Shown here in pieces: positions 44,101 to 54,147 of a DNA stretch of 64,000 bases (positions within the stretch are counted from its first letter, which is position 1; each line of letters starts with the position of its first letter). Both the position numbers and the translations under genes were made by a program. The DNA is from Candidatus Nanopelagicales bacterium (GTDB lineage Bacteria > Actinomycetota > Actinomycetes > S36-B12). The notes beneath the pieces are model-generated. The model saw only the letters and a program-made list of their open reading frames with translations, did no database searches and was not told where the DNA came from. Location of the stretch: positions 101,883 to 165,882 of the forward strand of contig JBILOY010000001.1 of NCBI GenBank assembly GCA_044374195.1, in the 5' to 3' direction.

Positions 44101-45759
44101 TCAGACTCGAACCGTCTCCAGGGCTGCCGCCGGGGAGTTCGACCAGGTCTTGTAGCCACCGTCGAGGTTGGCCGCCTTGATGCCTAGCTCACGAAGGAGA
44201 GTCGAGGCGGTGTGCCCGCGCTGGCCGACCTGGCAGGTGACGATGACGTTCTCCTTCGGAATCTCTGCGAAGCGCTCGCGCAGCTCATCGACGGGAATGT
44301 TGACCGCACCGTCGATATGGCCGGCAGTGAACTCCACGGGCGTGCGCACGTCGATGAGCGTCGCGCCATCAGACATGCGATCGGCCAGCTCGTTCCATTG
44401 CACGCTCTCGGTGAGACCACTAAGGATGTTGTCGGCCATGTAGCCGAGCATGTTGACGGGATCCTTCGCCGAGCCGAAGGGCGGCGCGTAGGCAAGCTCG
44501 AGATCGGCAAGCTCAGGCGCAGTGAGGCCGGTGCGAATCGCGGTGGCAATGACGTCGATGCGCTTGTCTACACCTTCGCGACCAACACCTTGCGCACCAA
44601 GAATCTCGTGACTGACCGGGTCGATGATGACCTTGAGCATCATCGATTCAGCGCCCGGGTAGTAACCCGCATGGGAGCCGGGATGCGAGTGCAGGATCAC
44701 GAAATCGCGACCCGCGGCACGCAAACGCTTCTCGTTCCATCCGGTGGTCGCGACAGCAAGGTCGAAAACCTTCACGATCGCGGTTCCGATGGTCGGCACC
44801 TCGCGTACGGGGCGACCGTTGATGTGATCGGCAACAACGCGACCTTGGCGATTGGCGATATTGGCAAGGGGCACGAGCACTGCCTCGCCGTCGAGGGCAT
44901 CGTTCTTCTCGGCAGCATCGCCAATGGCGTAGATCGCCGGATCATTGGTGCGATTGAACGCATCGGTCTTGATGCCGCCGCGTGCGCCGACCTCGAGATC
45001 GCATGCCTTAGCCAGCGTTGTATCGGGGCGCACGCCGATGGCGAGGATCACCAGATCGGCGGCGACAACACTTCCGTCAGCAAGCGTGACTGTCTGACCG
45101 TTAGCACTCTCCTGGATCGAGGAAAGTCCGACGCCCAGGCGCAGGTCAACGCCGTGGCGACGCAGCTCATCGGCCACCGGAAGTGCCATCTCGGGATCGA
45201 GCGGTGCGAGTACTTGATCCATCGCCTCGACGAGCGTGGTGGGAATTCCCTTGTGAATGAGATTCTCGGCAGTTTCGACACCGATGAAGCCGCCGCCGAT
45301 CACGACCGCGTGCTTGGGCTTGCGGGCAACTGCGTCGGCGATGCGCGTGACGTCTTCGACCGTGCGCAGCGTGAGCGCGAGTTCGATGCCGGGCAGCGGC
45401 GGTACTACCGGTTGTGCACCAGGGCTCAGCACCAGGTAGTCGTACTCGAGGTCGTAAGTCTCGCCGGTCGCAAGATCGCGCACGGTCAAGGCCTTGGCCG
45501 CGCGGTCGATGCCGATGACCTCGCTCTGCACGCGAACGTCAAGACGGAAGCGGGCATGCAGGCTCTCTGGAGTCTGAAGCAGCAGGTCGGACTGCGCCGC
45601 GATCACTCCGCCGACAAAGTAGGGCAAACCGCAGTTGGCGTAGGAGACATAGGAGCTGCGCTCGAGCACGATGATCGAGGCCTCGGGATCAAGCCTGCGA
45701 CTACGGGTGGCCGCTGACATGCCGCCTGCGACTCCACCGATGATGACAATGCGCTTCAT
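44101..45759 (-). CDS. CoA-disulfide reductase with a C-terminal rhodanese domain
   Basis: GGVAGG, SYANCGLPY, GGGFIG, YAPPFG, DVR..E..GHI..CQVGQRG. Confidence 0.92.
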   Translation of the reverse strand: MKRIVIIGGVAGGMSAATRSRRLDPEASIIVLERSSYVSYANCGLPYFVGGVIAAQSDLLLQTPESLHARFRLDVRVQSEVIGIDRAAKALTVRDLATGETYDLEYDYLVLSPGAQPVVPPLPGIELALTLRTVEDVTRIADAVARKPKHAVVIGGGFIGVETAENLIHKGIPTTLVEAMDQVLAPLDPEMALPVADELRRHGVDLRLGVGLSSIQESANGQTVTLADGSVVAADLVILAIGVRPDTTLAKACDLEVGARGGIKTDAFNRTNDPAIYAIGDAAEKNDALDGEAVLVPLANIANRQGRVVADHINGRPVREVPTIGTAIVKVFDLAVATTGWNEKRLRAAGRDFVILHSHPGSHAGYYPGAESMMLKVIIDPVSHEILGAQGVGREGVDKRIDVIATAIRTGLTAPELADLELAYAPPFGSAKDPVNMLGYMADNILSGLTESVQWNELADRMSDGATLIDVRTPVEFTAGHIDGAVNIPVDELRERFAEIPKENVIVTCQVGQRGHTASTLLRELGIKAANLDGGYKTWSNSPAAALETVRV

Positions 45760-45808
45760 TTAGTCCTCCGCTGCTGACCTGCGCCAGGTGACCCTGGGTG
45801 ATCCCAGT

Positions 45809-45824
45809 ATACCCCCTGGGGTAT
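45809..45824. promoter_or_regulatory. CsoR/CstR/RicR-family operator
   Basis: Palindrome ATACCCCCTGGGGTAT ~50 nt upstream of the CoADR-rhodanese gene. Confidence 0.65.
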
Positions 45825-45867
45825 CAGAATACCGCAGGGCTCCTCCGGGATGCCACCGAGGACCGAG

Positions 45868-47034
45868 CTACGGAGAGATCTGCGGGGAGGCCTCGGCCTC
45901 AGGCCCGCGCACGTACTTCATGATCCCGTAGATCGCCGCGGCGATCGGGACGCCGATCAGGGCCCCGACGATGCCGAAGTAGGCCGCCGCGACAGCGGTC
46001 ACGAGCACGATCGCCACCGGATGCAGGCTCACGGAATGCCCCAGGATCAGCGGCTGGAGCACATTGCCCTCGATCTGGCCGATCACGAAGATCAGCACGA
46101 TCACCAGCGCACCAGCCAGCGGGCCGTTGCTGATGAAGGCCACCGCTGCTGCGAGCAGCATCGCGAGTGGCGCACCGATGTAGGGAATGAAGGCACCGAA
46201 GAAGACGATGACGCCCAGCGGTACTGCCAGCGGCACGCCCATGATGAGCAGCAGGATCGTCACGAGAACCGCATTACTCATCGCGACAAGCAGGATTCCG
46301 CGCGAGTACTGCGAGAACGCATTCCAGCCAATGCGAATCGACTGCGCGCTCACCTCGCGATTGCGAGCGGGGATCCAGCGAGCGATCCAGGCGAGGATCT
46401 CGGCCGGCTGGATCAAGATGAAGATGAGCACGAAGAAGCCGGCCGCGGCTGCGGTGGCCAGGCTGACGATGCTGCCCAGGCTTGTGAGCACGCCGAGCGC
46501 GATGTTGCCGCCACTCTCGCGAATGAAGGTCTGCACCGACGAATAAACAGAGGACAGATCGGCATCACTGAGGCTCAGTGGGCCATTGCGCAGCCAGTCA
46601 TCAAGGCTTGCCACGCCATCGGCGATGGTGTCACCAATACCGGAGAACTGCTGAACCGCGGAGAGGCCAATGAAGAAGAGCACGACAAGCAGCGCGATGG
46701 AAAAGACCGCAAGCGCGATGATGCCCGCCAGCCAGCGCGGCATGTAGGTGGCGAGCTTGTTCGTGAGCGGAAGAAGCCACGCACCGACGAGGAAGGCGAA
46801 GAACAGTGCGAGTAGCAGTGTCTGAAGCGGCGCGATGAACCACACGAGCCCTGCGATGACCAGCGCGACCGCGATCACCCGCCAGGCGTAGCCACCCATG
46901 CGTCGCATCTGGGGTGAGACTCCATCAGACGTGGGGTAGGCCTCCGGCGGAGCCGGCCGCACTGGCTGCGTGTTGTCGTCGTCCTTTGCCACCGGATCTC
47001 CCCACATTGAAGCGATACGGCAACGGTAGTGCAC
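45868..47034 (-). CDS. AI-2E (PerM) family transporter
   Basis: FIPYIGA, QIEGNVLQP, LHPV..GALIGVP; true start probably downstream of 47034. Confidence 0.88.
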   Translation of the reverse strand: MHYRCRIASMWGDPVAKDDDNTQPVRPAPPEAYPTSDGVSPQMRRMGGYAWRVIAVALVIAGLVWFIAPLQTLLLALFFAFLVGAWLLPLTNKLATYMPRWLAGIIALAVFSIALLVVLFFIGLSAVQQFSGIGDTIADGVASLDDWLRNGPLSLSDADLSSVYSSVQTFIRESGGNIALGVLTSLGSIVSLATAAAAGFFVLIFILIQPAEILAWIARWIPARNREVSAQSIRIGWNAFSQYSRGILLVAMSNAVLVTILLLIMGVPLAVPLGVIVFFGAFIPYIGAPLAMLLAAAVAFISNGPLAGALVIVLIFVIGQIEGNVLQPLILGHSVSLHPVAIVLVTAVAAAYFGIVGALIGVPIAAAIYGIMKYVRGPEAEASPQISP

Positions 47035-47040
47035 GCACCT

Positions 47041-48369
47041 CTATCTACTGCGGCGACCGCGACTGCTTGAACCAGAACGAGATGCGCCGGCTCCGGTGCC
47101 CGCTGGGCGACCGGTGCCTGATCCTGAAGCGCGACGGCGACGATGAGGCGCAGCGGGCTTCGCAGTGACAGGTGCCTCAGGGGCGGGCTTGACGTACTCA
47201 GCACGCTCACCGCGCATCGCCAGTAGTTCAGGAGCATCGGGGCGAACCTTGGTGAAGGTCGGCTTGATACCGGCCTGCTTTGCAAGGGTGCGCACCTCGC
47301 CGAGTTGATCGGGGGTCGCCACGGTCACGACAGTACCGGCGGCGCCTGCACGAGCAGTACGACCGGAACGGTGCGTGTAAGCCTTGTGTTCGGCGGGCGG
47401 ATCAACGTGCACGACGAGTTCGACGTCATCGACGTGAATGCCGCGGGCGGCGATATCGGTTGCGACGAGCACACTGGTGCTGCCGTCCTTGAATGCTGCG
47501 AGATTTCGATCGCGAGCTGACTGCGAGAGATTGCCGTGCAGGTCAACTGCCGGGATCCCCGCTGCGGTGAGCTGCCTGGCGAGCTTCTTGGCCTGGTGCT
47601 TGGTACGCATGAAGAGCACGGAACGGCCAGTGCCTGCCGCGAGCTCGATGACGACCGCCGACTTATCGGCCGCGGTCACGGTAAACACGTGATGCTCCAT
47701 GTCGGGCGCCGGCGCATCGATCGGGTCGACGGCATGGGTGATCGGATTGTCGAGGTAGCGCTTGACCAGCACATCGACGCCGCGATCGAGGGTGGCCGAG
47801 AACAGCAGGCGCTGACCCTCATTCGGCGTGCGATCCATCAGCCGCTTGACGCCGGGCAGGAAGCCGAGGTCAGCCATGTGATCGGCCTCGTCGAGAACGG
47901 TCACCTCGACCATGTCGAGCTTGCAGTGACCTTGGGCGATGAGATCCTCAAGACGACCGGGGCACGCAATGACGATGTCGGCACCGGACTTCAGCGCAGC
48001 AACCTGCTTGCCCTGGCTGACGCCGCCATAGATGGTCGTGCACTTCAGGCCAACGGAGTGAGCGAGTGGCTCGACCACGGCGAGCACCTGATTGGCGAGT
48101 TCACGGGTCGGCACGAGCACCAGGCCACGCGGACGAGTGGGTGCACTTTTCTTGCCGGCAAGTGCGGCAACAAGCGGAATCGAGAAAGCAAGAGTCTTGC
48201 CCGAGCCGGTGCGACCACGGCCGAGCACATCGCGGCCGGCGAGGCTATCGGGAAGAGTCGCGGCCTGGATCGGGAAGCACTCAACAAGGCCTTGCTTGGA
48301 GAGGGTGTTGACAAGGGGAAGGGGAACGCCGAATTCGGCAAAAGTATTCATGTGCTTCGAGTCTGACAC
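47041..48369 (-). CDS. DEAD-box RNA helicase
   Basis: TGSGKT, PTRELA, DEAD, SAT, ARGIH, HRSGRTARAG. Confidence 0.96.
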   Translation of the reverse strand: MSDSKHMNTFAEFGVPLPLVNTLSKQGLVECFPIQAATLPDSLAGRDVLGRGRTGSGKTLAFSIPLVAALAGKKSAPTRPRGLVLVPTRELANQVLAVVEPLAHSVGLKCTTIYGGVSQGKQVAALKSGADIVIACPGRLEDLIAQGHCKLDMVEVTVLDEADHMADLGFLPGVKRLMDRTPNEGQRLLFSATLDRGVDVLVKRYLDNPITHAVDPIDAPAPDMEHHVFTVTAADKSAVVIELAAGTGRSVLFMRTKHQAKKLARQLTAAGIPAVDLHGNLSQSARDRNLAAFKDGSTSVLVATDIAARGIHVDDVELVVHVDPPAEHKAYTHRSGRTARAGAAGTVVTVATPDQLGEVRTLAKQAGIKPTFTKVRPDAPELLAMRGERAEYVKPAPEAPVTAKPAAPHRRRRASGSGTGRPAGTGAGASRSGSSSRGRRSR

Positions 48370-48553
48370 ATGAGGCTCACATCACTAAATGCACGAGGAA
48401 ATCCCTCTACGATTCGACCATGGCGAAGACAGCGATCGACACAGCAATCGCCAAGCTCTCTCTTCGGCTTCACCCGTCACGACAGCCAGCTTCACGAGCA
48501 GACAACGCGTTTCGCTCCCCTGACTAGATCGTTCGCCTGTCTAGTGTTATCAG

Positions 48554-49657
48554 GTGATCTCGAGACGCCTGCTGCCTGCGCTGACCCTCGTGGGTCTCCT
48601 GGCCGCCTGCAGCACTTCCCCGACCGCGGCACCTGATGCATCACCAAGCTCGAGTGCACCTGCACCCTCAGTGAGCGCCTCTGCGACTCCGACGCCCAGC
48701 CCCACTCCGGTACCGACCTCGCCGCTGACGGGTCTTCCCGAGACAACTCCGTCACCTGTGCTGGTCGTAAAGCTCGACAACACGCGCAATGCTCAGCCGC
48801 ACGCCGGGCTCAAGGATGCAGACATTGTCTACATCGAAGAAGTCGAGTACGGCATGACGCGCATTGCTGCAGTGTTCTCCAGCATCATCCCTACGAAGAT
48901 TGGTCCGGTTCGCTCGGCACGCATCACTGACATCGATCTGCTCGCGCAATATGGCACGCCCGCCTTCGCGTACTCGGGTGCGCAGCGCAAGATGTATCCA
49001 GCCATCGACGGCGCATCGCTGATCGACGTGTCGCCGCGCAAGGGCGCGGAGGGCTATGCGCGCGACTTCGATCGTCGCGCACCGTATAACTACTTCCTTG
49101 ATGGCGCCGTCGCAATCGAGCGTGCGCCCGATGCCTCACTCAATCGCGATATGGGCTTCGTGTTCTCCCCCGAGATTCCTGCCGGTGGCTTGCCCAACAC
49201 CAAGGCCAAGATGACGTGGGGCTCCGCGAAGGCGATGTTCACCTTCGACCCGCTCACCGGGCTCTACAAGGTGAACCTCAACGGCGAGCGAGCAAAAGCC
49301 GAGGAAGACGACCTGGGCCAGAACGCGGCCACCGTCGTGATCCAGTACGTCAAGCAAGAGCCCTCGAAGTACTTCGACAAGGGCGGCGGAAACACCCCGC
49401 ACGCGGAGACCATTGGCACGGGCACCGCCACGGTGCTGCGCGATGGCTACTCGTACGACGTCACCTGGAACCGCCCCTCGGCGGACGTGGGCACCACCTT
49501 CACGATGGCCGATGGCACGCCCATGGCGTTCAAACCCGGTCAGCAGTGGGTCGTGCTGCTCAATAAGAAGACTCCGGCCACCTTGTTCCCCAAGCCGGTG
49601 CCTGATGCGTCCGCACTGCCCTCCGGCAGCGCTAGCCCGAGCCCCTCTGCCAGCTAA
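48554..49657 (+). CDS. DUF3048 lipoprotein
   Basis: Lipobox LAAC; SPLTG..VVKLDN..ADIVY.E.VE..TR..GPVRSAR. Confidence 0.88.
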   Translation: MISRRLLPALTLVGLLAACSTSPTAAPDASPSSSAPAPSVSASATPTPSPTPVPTSPLTGLPETTPSPVLVVKLDNTRNAQPHAGLKDADIVYIEEVEYGMTRIAAVFSSIIPTKIGPVRSARITDIDLLAQYGTPAFAYSGAQRKMYPAIDGASLIDVSPRKGAEGYARDFDRRAPYNYFLDGAVAIERAPDASLNRDMGFVFSPEIPAGGLPNTKAKMTWGSAKAMFTFDPLTGLYKVNLNGERAKAEEDDLGQNAATVVIQYVKQEPSKYFDKGGGNTPHAETIGTGTATVLRDGYSYDVTWNRPSADVGTTFTMADGTPMAFKPGQQWVVLLNKKTPATLFPKPVPDASALPSGSASPSPSAS

Positions 49658-49674
49658 CTGCCTACACTGGCCGC

Positions 49675-50475
49675 ATGAGCGTGCGGATCTATACGGGGCC
49701 GCACTCTGACCGTGGCGGCCCGCCCACCGGCTGGATCCCCTACCTGCCCTGGGGCCTGGCCTTCGCCACGATCCTCGGCCAAATCATCTGGATCCTCGTC
49801 TCGGGTACCCCTCGCGTGGCGCTCACCATGTTCACGGTCGTCACCTTCTTTCTTGCATCTGTTACGCATGCCTACATCTCGCGCGGCCTGGCCTGGGCGG
49901 CGAGCTACACCGGCATCACCGTGGCCTTCGGCTGGGCGATCGAGTTCCTCGGCATCACGACCCAATTCCCGTTCGGCGAGTACCAGTACGAGAACCTGCT
50001 GGGCCCGACTCTCATGGGCGTGCCACTGGTGATCCCGCTGGCGTGGTCGATGATGGCCTACCCCTGCCTGCTGGCGGCCGAGCGACTGTCGAGCACCTAT
50101 CTCGGCACCGCGATTCTCGGTGGCATCCTGCTGGCCTCGTGGGATCTCTTTCTCGATCCGCAGATGGTCGGCGAGGGCTACTGGACCTGGGCTGACACCG
50201 GCTGGGAGTTGCCGGGCATTCCCGGTATCCCGCTGCAGAACTTCCTGGGCTGGCTGCTCGCATCAGTCGTGCTGATGGCGTCGTTGTCCAGGCTGCCGCG
50301 CAAGGTTGCACGCGATGGCGTGCCGACGATGATGCTGATTTGGATCTACGCCTCCAATGTGTTCGCAGCCCTCGTCTTCTTCGGCAAGCCGGGCGTGGCG
50401 ATCTGGGGGCTGGTGTGCATGGGCATCGTGATGGTGCCGTGGATGTGGCGGATTTGGAGCGAACCGCAATGGTGA
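49675..50475 (+). CDS. cruF: CruF-like carotenoid 1,2-hydratase
   Basis: E..G..T.FPFG.Y.Y..GVPL.IPLAW, WDLFLDP, IPLQNFLGW. Confidence 0.82.
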   Translation: MSVRIYTGPHSDRGGPPTGWIPYLPWGLAFATILGQIIWILVSGTPRVALTMFTVVTFFLASVTHAYISRGLAWAASYTGITVAFGWAIEFLGITTQFPFGEYQYENLLGPTLMGVPLVIPLAWSMMAYPCLLAAERLSSTYLGTAILGGILLASWDLFLDPQMVGEGYWTWADTGWELPGIPGIPLQNFLGWLLASVVLMASLSRLPRKVARDGVPTMMLIWIYASNVFAALVFFGKPGVAIWGLVCMGIVMVPWMWRIWSEPQW

Positions 50476-50539
50476 GCTGGATGAACTCGTGCGAACCGCA
50501 ATGGTGAGCTGGATGAACGCGAGCGAACCGCAATGGTGA
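50459..50539 (+). repeat. 32-bp tandem repeat (~2.5 copies) at the cruF/glycosyltransferase junction, MIRU-like
   Basis: GCGAACCGCAATGGTGAGCTGGATGAAC(TCGT/GCGA) at 50459 and 50491, partial at 50523. Confidence 0.93.
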
Positions 50540-51645
50540 TGCGTCGGATCGTCACTGTGGGTTCACTCGCGGCGATCGGCATAGCGGCGCACACCGCTTA
50601 CAACCTGCGCGAGCTGCGTCGACCTGCCCCGGTGAATTCAGATCTCGACGAGCCGGTCTCGGTGATCATCCCCGCGCGCAATGAGATCGCGCATATCGAG
50701 GCCACCGTGCGCAGCGTGCTCGCGCAAGAGCGCGTGTTGAATCTGCAGGTCATCGTGCTCGATGATGGCTCGACGGATGGCACCGCTGAGGTTCTCGCCT
50801 CGATCATCGACCCACGTCTGCTCGTCATCACAATGCCCGATTCCGAGCTGCCGCAGGGCTGGCTCGGCAAGCCCTATGCCTGCTACCGCGCGAGCACGAT
50901 GGCGATCGGCGAGATCTTGGTATTCGTCGATGCCGATGTGCTGCTCGAGCCCGATGCCGTCGCGTCATCGGCCGAGCACCTGATTCGCGAGGGCATGAGC
51001 CTGGTCTCGCCGTATCCGCGTCAGCTCGCCGGTAGCTGGCTCGAGTACCTCGTCCAGCCTCTCGTCACCTGGTCATGGGCATCGACGATGCCCCTCGGCT
51101 GGGGTCGGCGAACTCAGCGCCCATCGCTCTCCGCGGCGAACGGCCAGTTCATCGTGATGTCCGCCGCTGCGTATCGCCGCATCGATGGTCACGCCGCGGT
51201 GAAGGACGAAGTCATTGAGGACGTCGCATTGATGCGCGCGGTCAAACGCGATGGCGGTCTCACCGAGACCATGGATGGCTCGCAGATCGCGCAGTGCCGG
51301 ATGTACGAGGGCACGGAAGCTGTCGTGAATGGCTACTCGAAGTCACTGTGGGCGGCATTCAATGGGCCTGCAGGCTCGGCGGCCGTGAATGCCCTTCTCG
51401 TCGGCGCCTTCGTCGTGCCCGCAGTGGGCATGATCGCGGCGCGCGATCGCACGACGCGTCGCATCGGCGCACTCGGTTACGCCGCGGGCGTGCTGAGTCG
51501 CACCCTGGTCGCGCAACGCACCGGCGAGTCACTCGCAGCCGCCGCTGCCCAACCCGCTTCCATCGCAGCCTTCACTGCACTGAACGTGATCTCCTGGCGC
51601 CGTCATCTTCAGGGCACGGCATCGTGGAAGGGCCGCTCGGTATGA
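50533..51645 (+). CDS. Carotenoid glycosyltransferase (GT2, CruG/CrtQ-like)
   Basis: IPARNE, DDGSTD, GWLGK, VDAD, ANGQF, IEDV, WKGR; located in the crt operon. Confidence 0.85.
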   Translation: MVMRRIVTVGSLAAIGIAAHTAYNLRELRRPAPVNSDLDEPVSVIIPARNEIAHIEATVRSVLAQERVLNLQVIVLDDGSTDGTAEVLASIIDPRLLVITMPDSELPQGWLGKPYACYRASTMAIGEILVFVDADVLLEPDAVASSAEHLIREGMSLVSPYPRQLAGSWLEYLVQPLVTWSWASTMPLGWGRRTQRPSLSAANGQFIVMSAAAYRRIDGHAAVKDEVIEDVALMRAVKRDGGLTETMDGSQIAQCRMYEGTEAVVNGYSKSLWAAFNGPAGSAAVNALLVGAFVVPAVGMIAARDRTTRRIGALGYAAGVLSRTLVAQRTGESLAAAAAQPASIAAFTALNVISWRRHLQGTASWKGRSV

Positions 51646-53138
51646 GCCGCGTGATCGTGATCGGCGGTGGCGTGGGCGGCATGGCCACCGCAGCCCGCCT
51701 GTCGGTCAAGGGTCACACTGTCACGCTGATTGAGCAGTCCGGTCGACTCGGCGGCAAACTCGGTCGTTACGAGCGCGAGGGCTTCGTCTTCGATACCGGG
51801 CCATCACTGTTCACCCTGCCTGCCGTCTATCGCGATCTCTTCCTCAAGACCGGCGGCGCCCTCGAGGATGCCGTTGACTTGCAGGAGATCGATCCCGCTT
51901 TCGGCTACCACTTCGCCGACGGCACGAGTGTTGTCATCCCAGGGGTAAATTCGGCACGTGCAGCCGATGCAATGCAGGAAGCCTTCGGCGGCACGGCGGG
52001 CGCTGACTGGCGCGCCTTCACCGAACGAGCCGGCGCAATGTGGCGCATTACCCGCGAGCCGTTTCTGCAGTCACCGCTGCCCGACTGGCGCACGTTGATG
52101 TCGCTGGCCCGCAACCCCGGCGATGTTCGCACGATCGCTCCGTTCTCGAACCTTCGCAAGCTCGGGCGCGAGTACCTGAAGGATCCTCGCCAGCGCCAAT
52201 TGCTCGATCGCTACGCCACTTACACCGGCTCCGATCCGCGGCAGGCGCCAGCAGTGCTCGCCACGATCCCCTATATCGAGCAGACCTTCGGTGCCTGGCA
52301 TCTCGGCGGCGGTGTCAGCGATCTTGCCCGCGCACTTGAGCACAGACTCGGCGAGCGCGGTGTCACCGTGCGCCTGAATACGTCGGTCTCGCGCATCACA
52401 TTGAAGGAAGGCGTAGCCAGCGGTGTCGAGCTCGCTGACGGCAGTGCAATCGAAGCCGAGATCGTGGTAGCCAATGCCGATGCATCACAGGTGTACGGCA
52501 CCCTCGTCGACGATCCGCGCGCAACCAAGGCCGAGGAACGACTGGCCAAGGCAACGCCTTCTCTCGCCGGTTTCGTCATGCTGCTGGCCGTCGATGGCCG
52601 CACCGACGGTCTGCACCATCACAATGTGTGGTTCCCGAAGGACTACGACATGGAGTTCGACGACATCTTCGGCCGCAACCCCTGCCCCCCGCGCGATCCC
52701 GCGATCTACGTGTGTGCGCCTGATGACCCGCGTATGCGCCCGAGCGACGACACCGAGTCATGGTTTGTCCTGGTCAATGCACCGCGCCATTCGACGACTG
52801 GCGCCGAGGGCGCGATCAACTGGGATGCACCGGGCCTCGCCGATTCATATGCCACGCATGTGCTCGATCTGCTCGCTGCACGCGGCATGGATGTTCGCGA
52901 CCGCATCCGATGGAGCGAGATTCGCACCCCTGCTGATCTCGAACGCAGCACACGTGCCCCCGGCGGATCCATCTACGGCACCTCGAGCAATGGCTCGCGC
53001 GCGGCATTCCAGCGACCGGCCAATCAGTCGGAGATTCCGGGGCTTTATCTCGTCGGCGGCTCGTCGCATCCGGGTGGCGGATTGCCGCTGGTTGGTATGG
53101 GTGCCGAAATCGTCGCCGAGATCATCGGCCGGGCTTAG
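51642..53138 (+). CDS. CrtI-family desaturase, probably CrtD (3,4-desaturase)
   Basis: GGGVGG, FDTGPS, RYATYTGSDP, GGSIYG, HPGGGLP; ATGA overlap with the GT gene. Confidence 0.85.
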   Translation: MSRVIVIGGGVGGMATAARLSVKGHTVTLIEQSGRLGGKLGRYEREGFVFDTGPSLFTLPAVYRDLFLKTGGALEDAVDLQEIDPAFGYHFADGTSVVIPGVNSARAADAMQEAFGGTAGADWRAFTERAGAMWRITREPFLQSPLPDWRTLMSLARNPGDVRTIAPFSNLRKLGREYLKDPRQRQLLDRYATYTGSDPRQAPAVLATIPYIEQTFGAWHLGGGVSDLARALEHRLGERGVTVRLNTSVSRITLKEGVASGVELADGSAIEAEIVVANADASQVYGTLVDDPRATKAEERLAKATPSLAGFVMLLAVDGRTDGLHHHNVWFPKDYDMEFDDIFGRNPCPPRDPAIYVCAPDDPRMRPSDDTESWFVLVNAPRHSTTGAEGAINWDAPGLADSYATHVLDLLAARGMDVRDRIRWSEIRTPADLERSTRAPGGSIYGTSSNGSRAAFQRPANQSEIPGLYLVGGSSHPGGGLPLVGMGAEIVAEIIGRA

Positions 53139-54044
53139 CTACTTGGCGTGAACGCCGAGACCAAGGGCCTCGTAGACCTGCCGAGTCGAGGTTGAGCGGT
53201 TCAGCGTGTAGAAGTGAATGCCCGGGGCACCCATGTCGAGGAGTTCTTGCGCCATCTCGGTCGCGACCTCGACACCGAGGGCACGCACAGCATCGGAGTC
53301 GTCGGCGATCGCATGGAAGCGGGCGGCGAGCTCCTGCGGGAATTGCGCTCCAGAGAGTGCCGCGAAGCGCTCGATCTGTGACACGTTGGTGACGGGCATG
53401 AGGCCGGGCACGATCGGCATCGTGCAGCCGTGCACCGCACTGCGATCGCGCAGACGCGCGTAATCCTCCGCGCGGAAGAAGAACTGGGTGATCGCGAACT
53501 CGGCGCCGGCGTCCTGCTTCATCGCGAGAACCCGGGCATCCTGCTCGAGGTCAGGTGACTCGGGGTGACCCTCGGGGAAGGCGGCCACGCCAATGCTGAA
53601 GGTGCCGAGCGACTCGATGAGCTCGACGAGTTCGGTGGCATTACTCAGGCCATCGGGGTGCGCATGCCAGTCGGCCTCCGGCCCGCCGGGCGGATCGCCG
53701 CGCAGGGCCAAGATCGTGTTGATGCCCGCATCGGCGTACTGCCCGATTACTCCACGCACCTCATCGCGGCTAGCGCCGACGCAGGTCAGGTGAGCGACGG
53801 GAAGAAGGGTGGTCTGTTCCGCGATCTCCTGGGTGATGCGCACCGTGCGGTCACGGGTGGAGCCACCGGCGCCGTACGTCACCGAGACGAAGCTCGGGCT
53901 CAGTGACTCGAGGTCACGCACGGTCTCCCAGAGGGCACTTTCGCCCTCGTCGGTCTTCGGCGGGAAGAGCTCGAAGGAAAAGGAGCGCTCGCCCTCGGCC
54001 AGTGCTTGCCCCAAGGGCACGCGGTCGGCAGAGATCTCGGGCAT
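53139..54044 (-). CDS. metF: 5,10-methylenetetrahydrofolate reductase
   Basis: SFELFPPK, SVTYGAGG, AHLTC, ALRGD, ITQFFF, HFYTLN. Confidence 0.95.
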   Translation of the reverse strand: MPEISADRVPLGQALAEGERSFSFELFPPKTDEGESALWETVRDLESLSPSFVSVTYGAGGSTRDRTVRITQEIAEQTTLLPVAHLTCVGASRDEVRGVIGQYADAGINTILALRGDPPGGPEADWHAHPDGLSNATELVELIESLGTFSIGVAAFPEGHPESPDLEQDARVLAMKQDAGAEFAITQFFFRAEDYARLRDRSAVHGCTMPIVPGLMPVTNVSQIERFAALSGAQFPQELAARFHAIADDSDAVRALGVEVATEMAQELLDMGAPGIHFYTLNRSTSTRQVYEALGLGVHAK

Positions 54045-54059
54045 GGGGGCAAGCCTACG

Positions 54060-54121
54060 GTGCGTGCCCGCATGGGGCATGCAGGGAGAGAGAGTGCGTG
54101 CCCGCTTCGGGCATGCAGGGA
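54060..54121. repeat. Two 28-bp palindromic direct repeats between the divergent metF and crtE
   Basis: GTGCGTGCCCGC(ATG/TTC)GGGCATGCAGGGA at 54060 and 54094. Confidence 0.85.
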
Positions 54122-54147
54122 ACAAGGGGCTCCCGTAGGCTGGCGGG

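Noticed and set aside
44212-45717. 501-aa plus-strand ORF (and similar long antisense ORFs over the dcw genes and pknL)
   Set aside because: Antisense shadows of well-supported genes, with no family motifs
50459-50539. Mini-CRISPR
   Set aside because: Only 4 variable nt between the 28-nt cores; better explained as a tandem duplication of a gene junction
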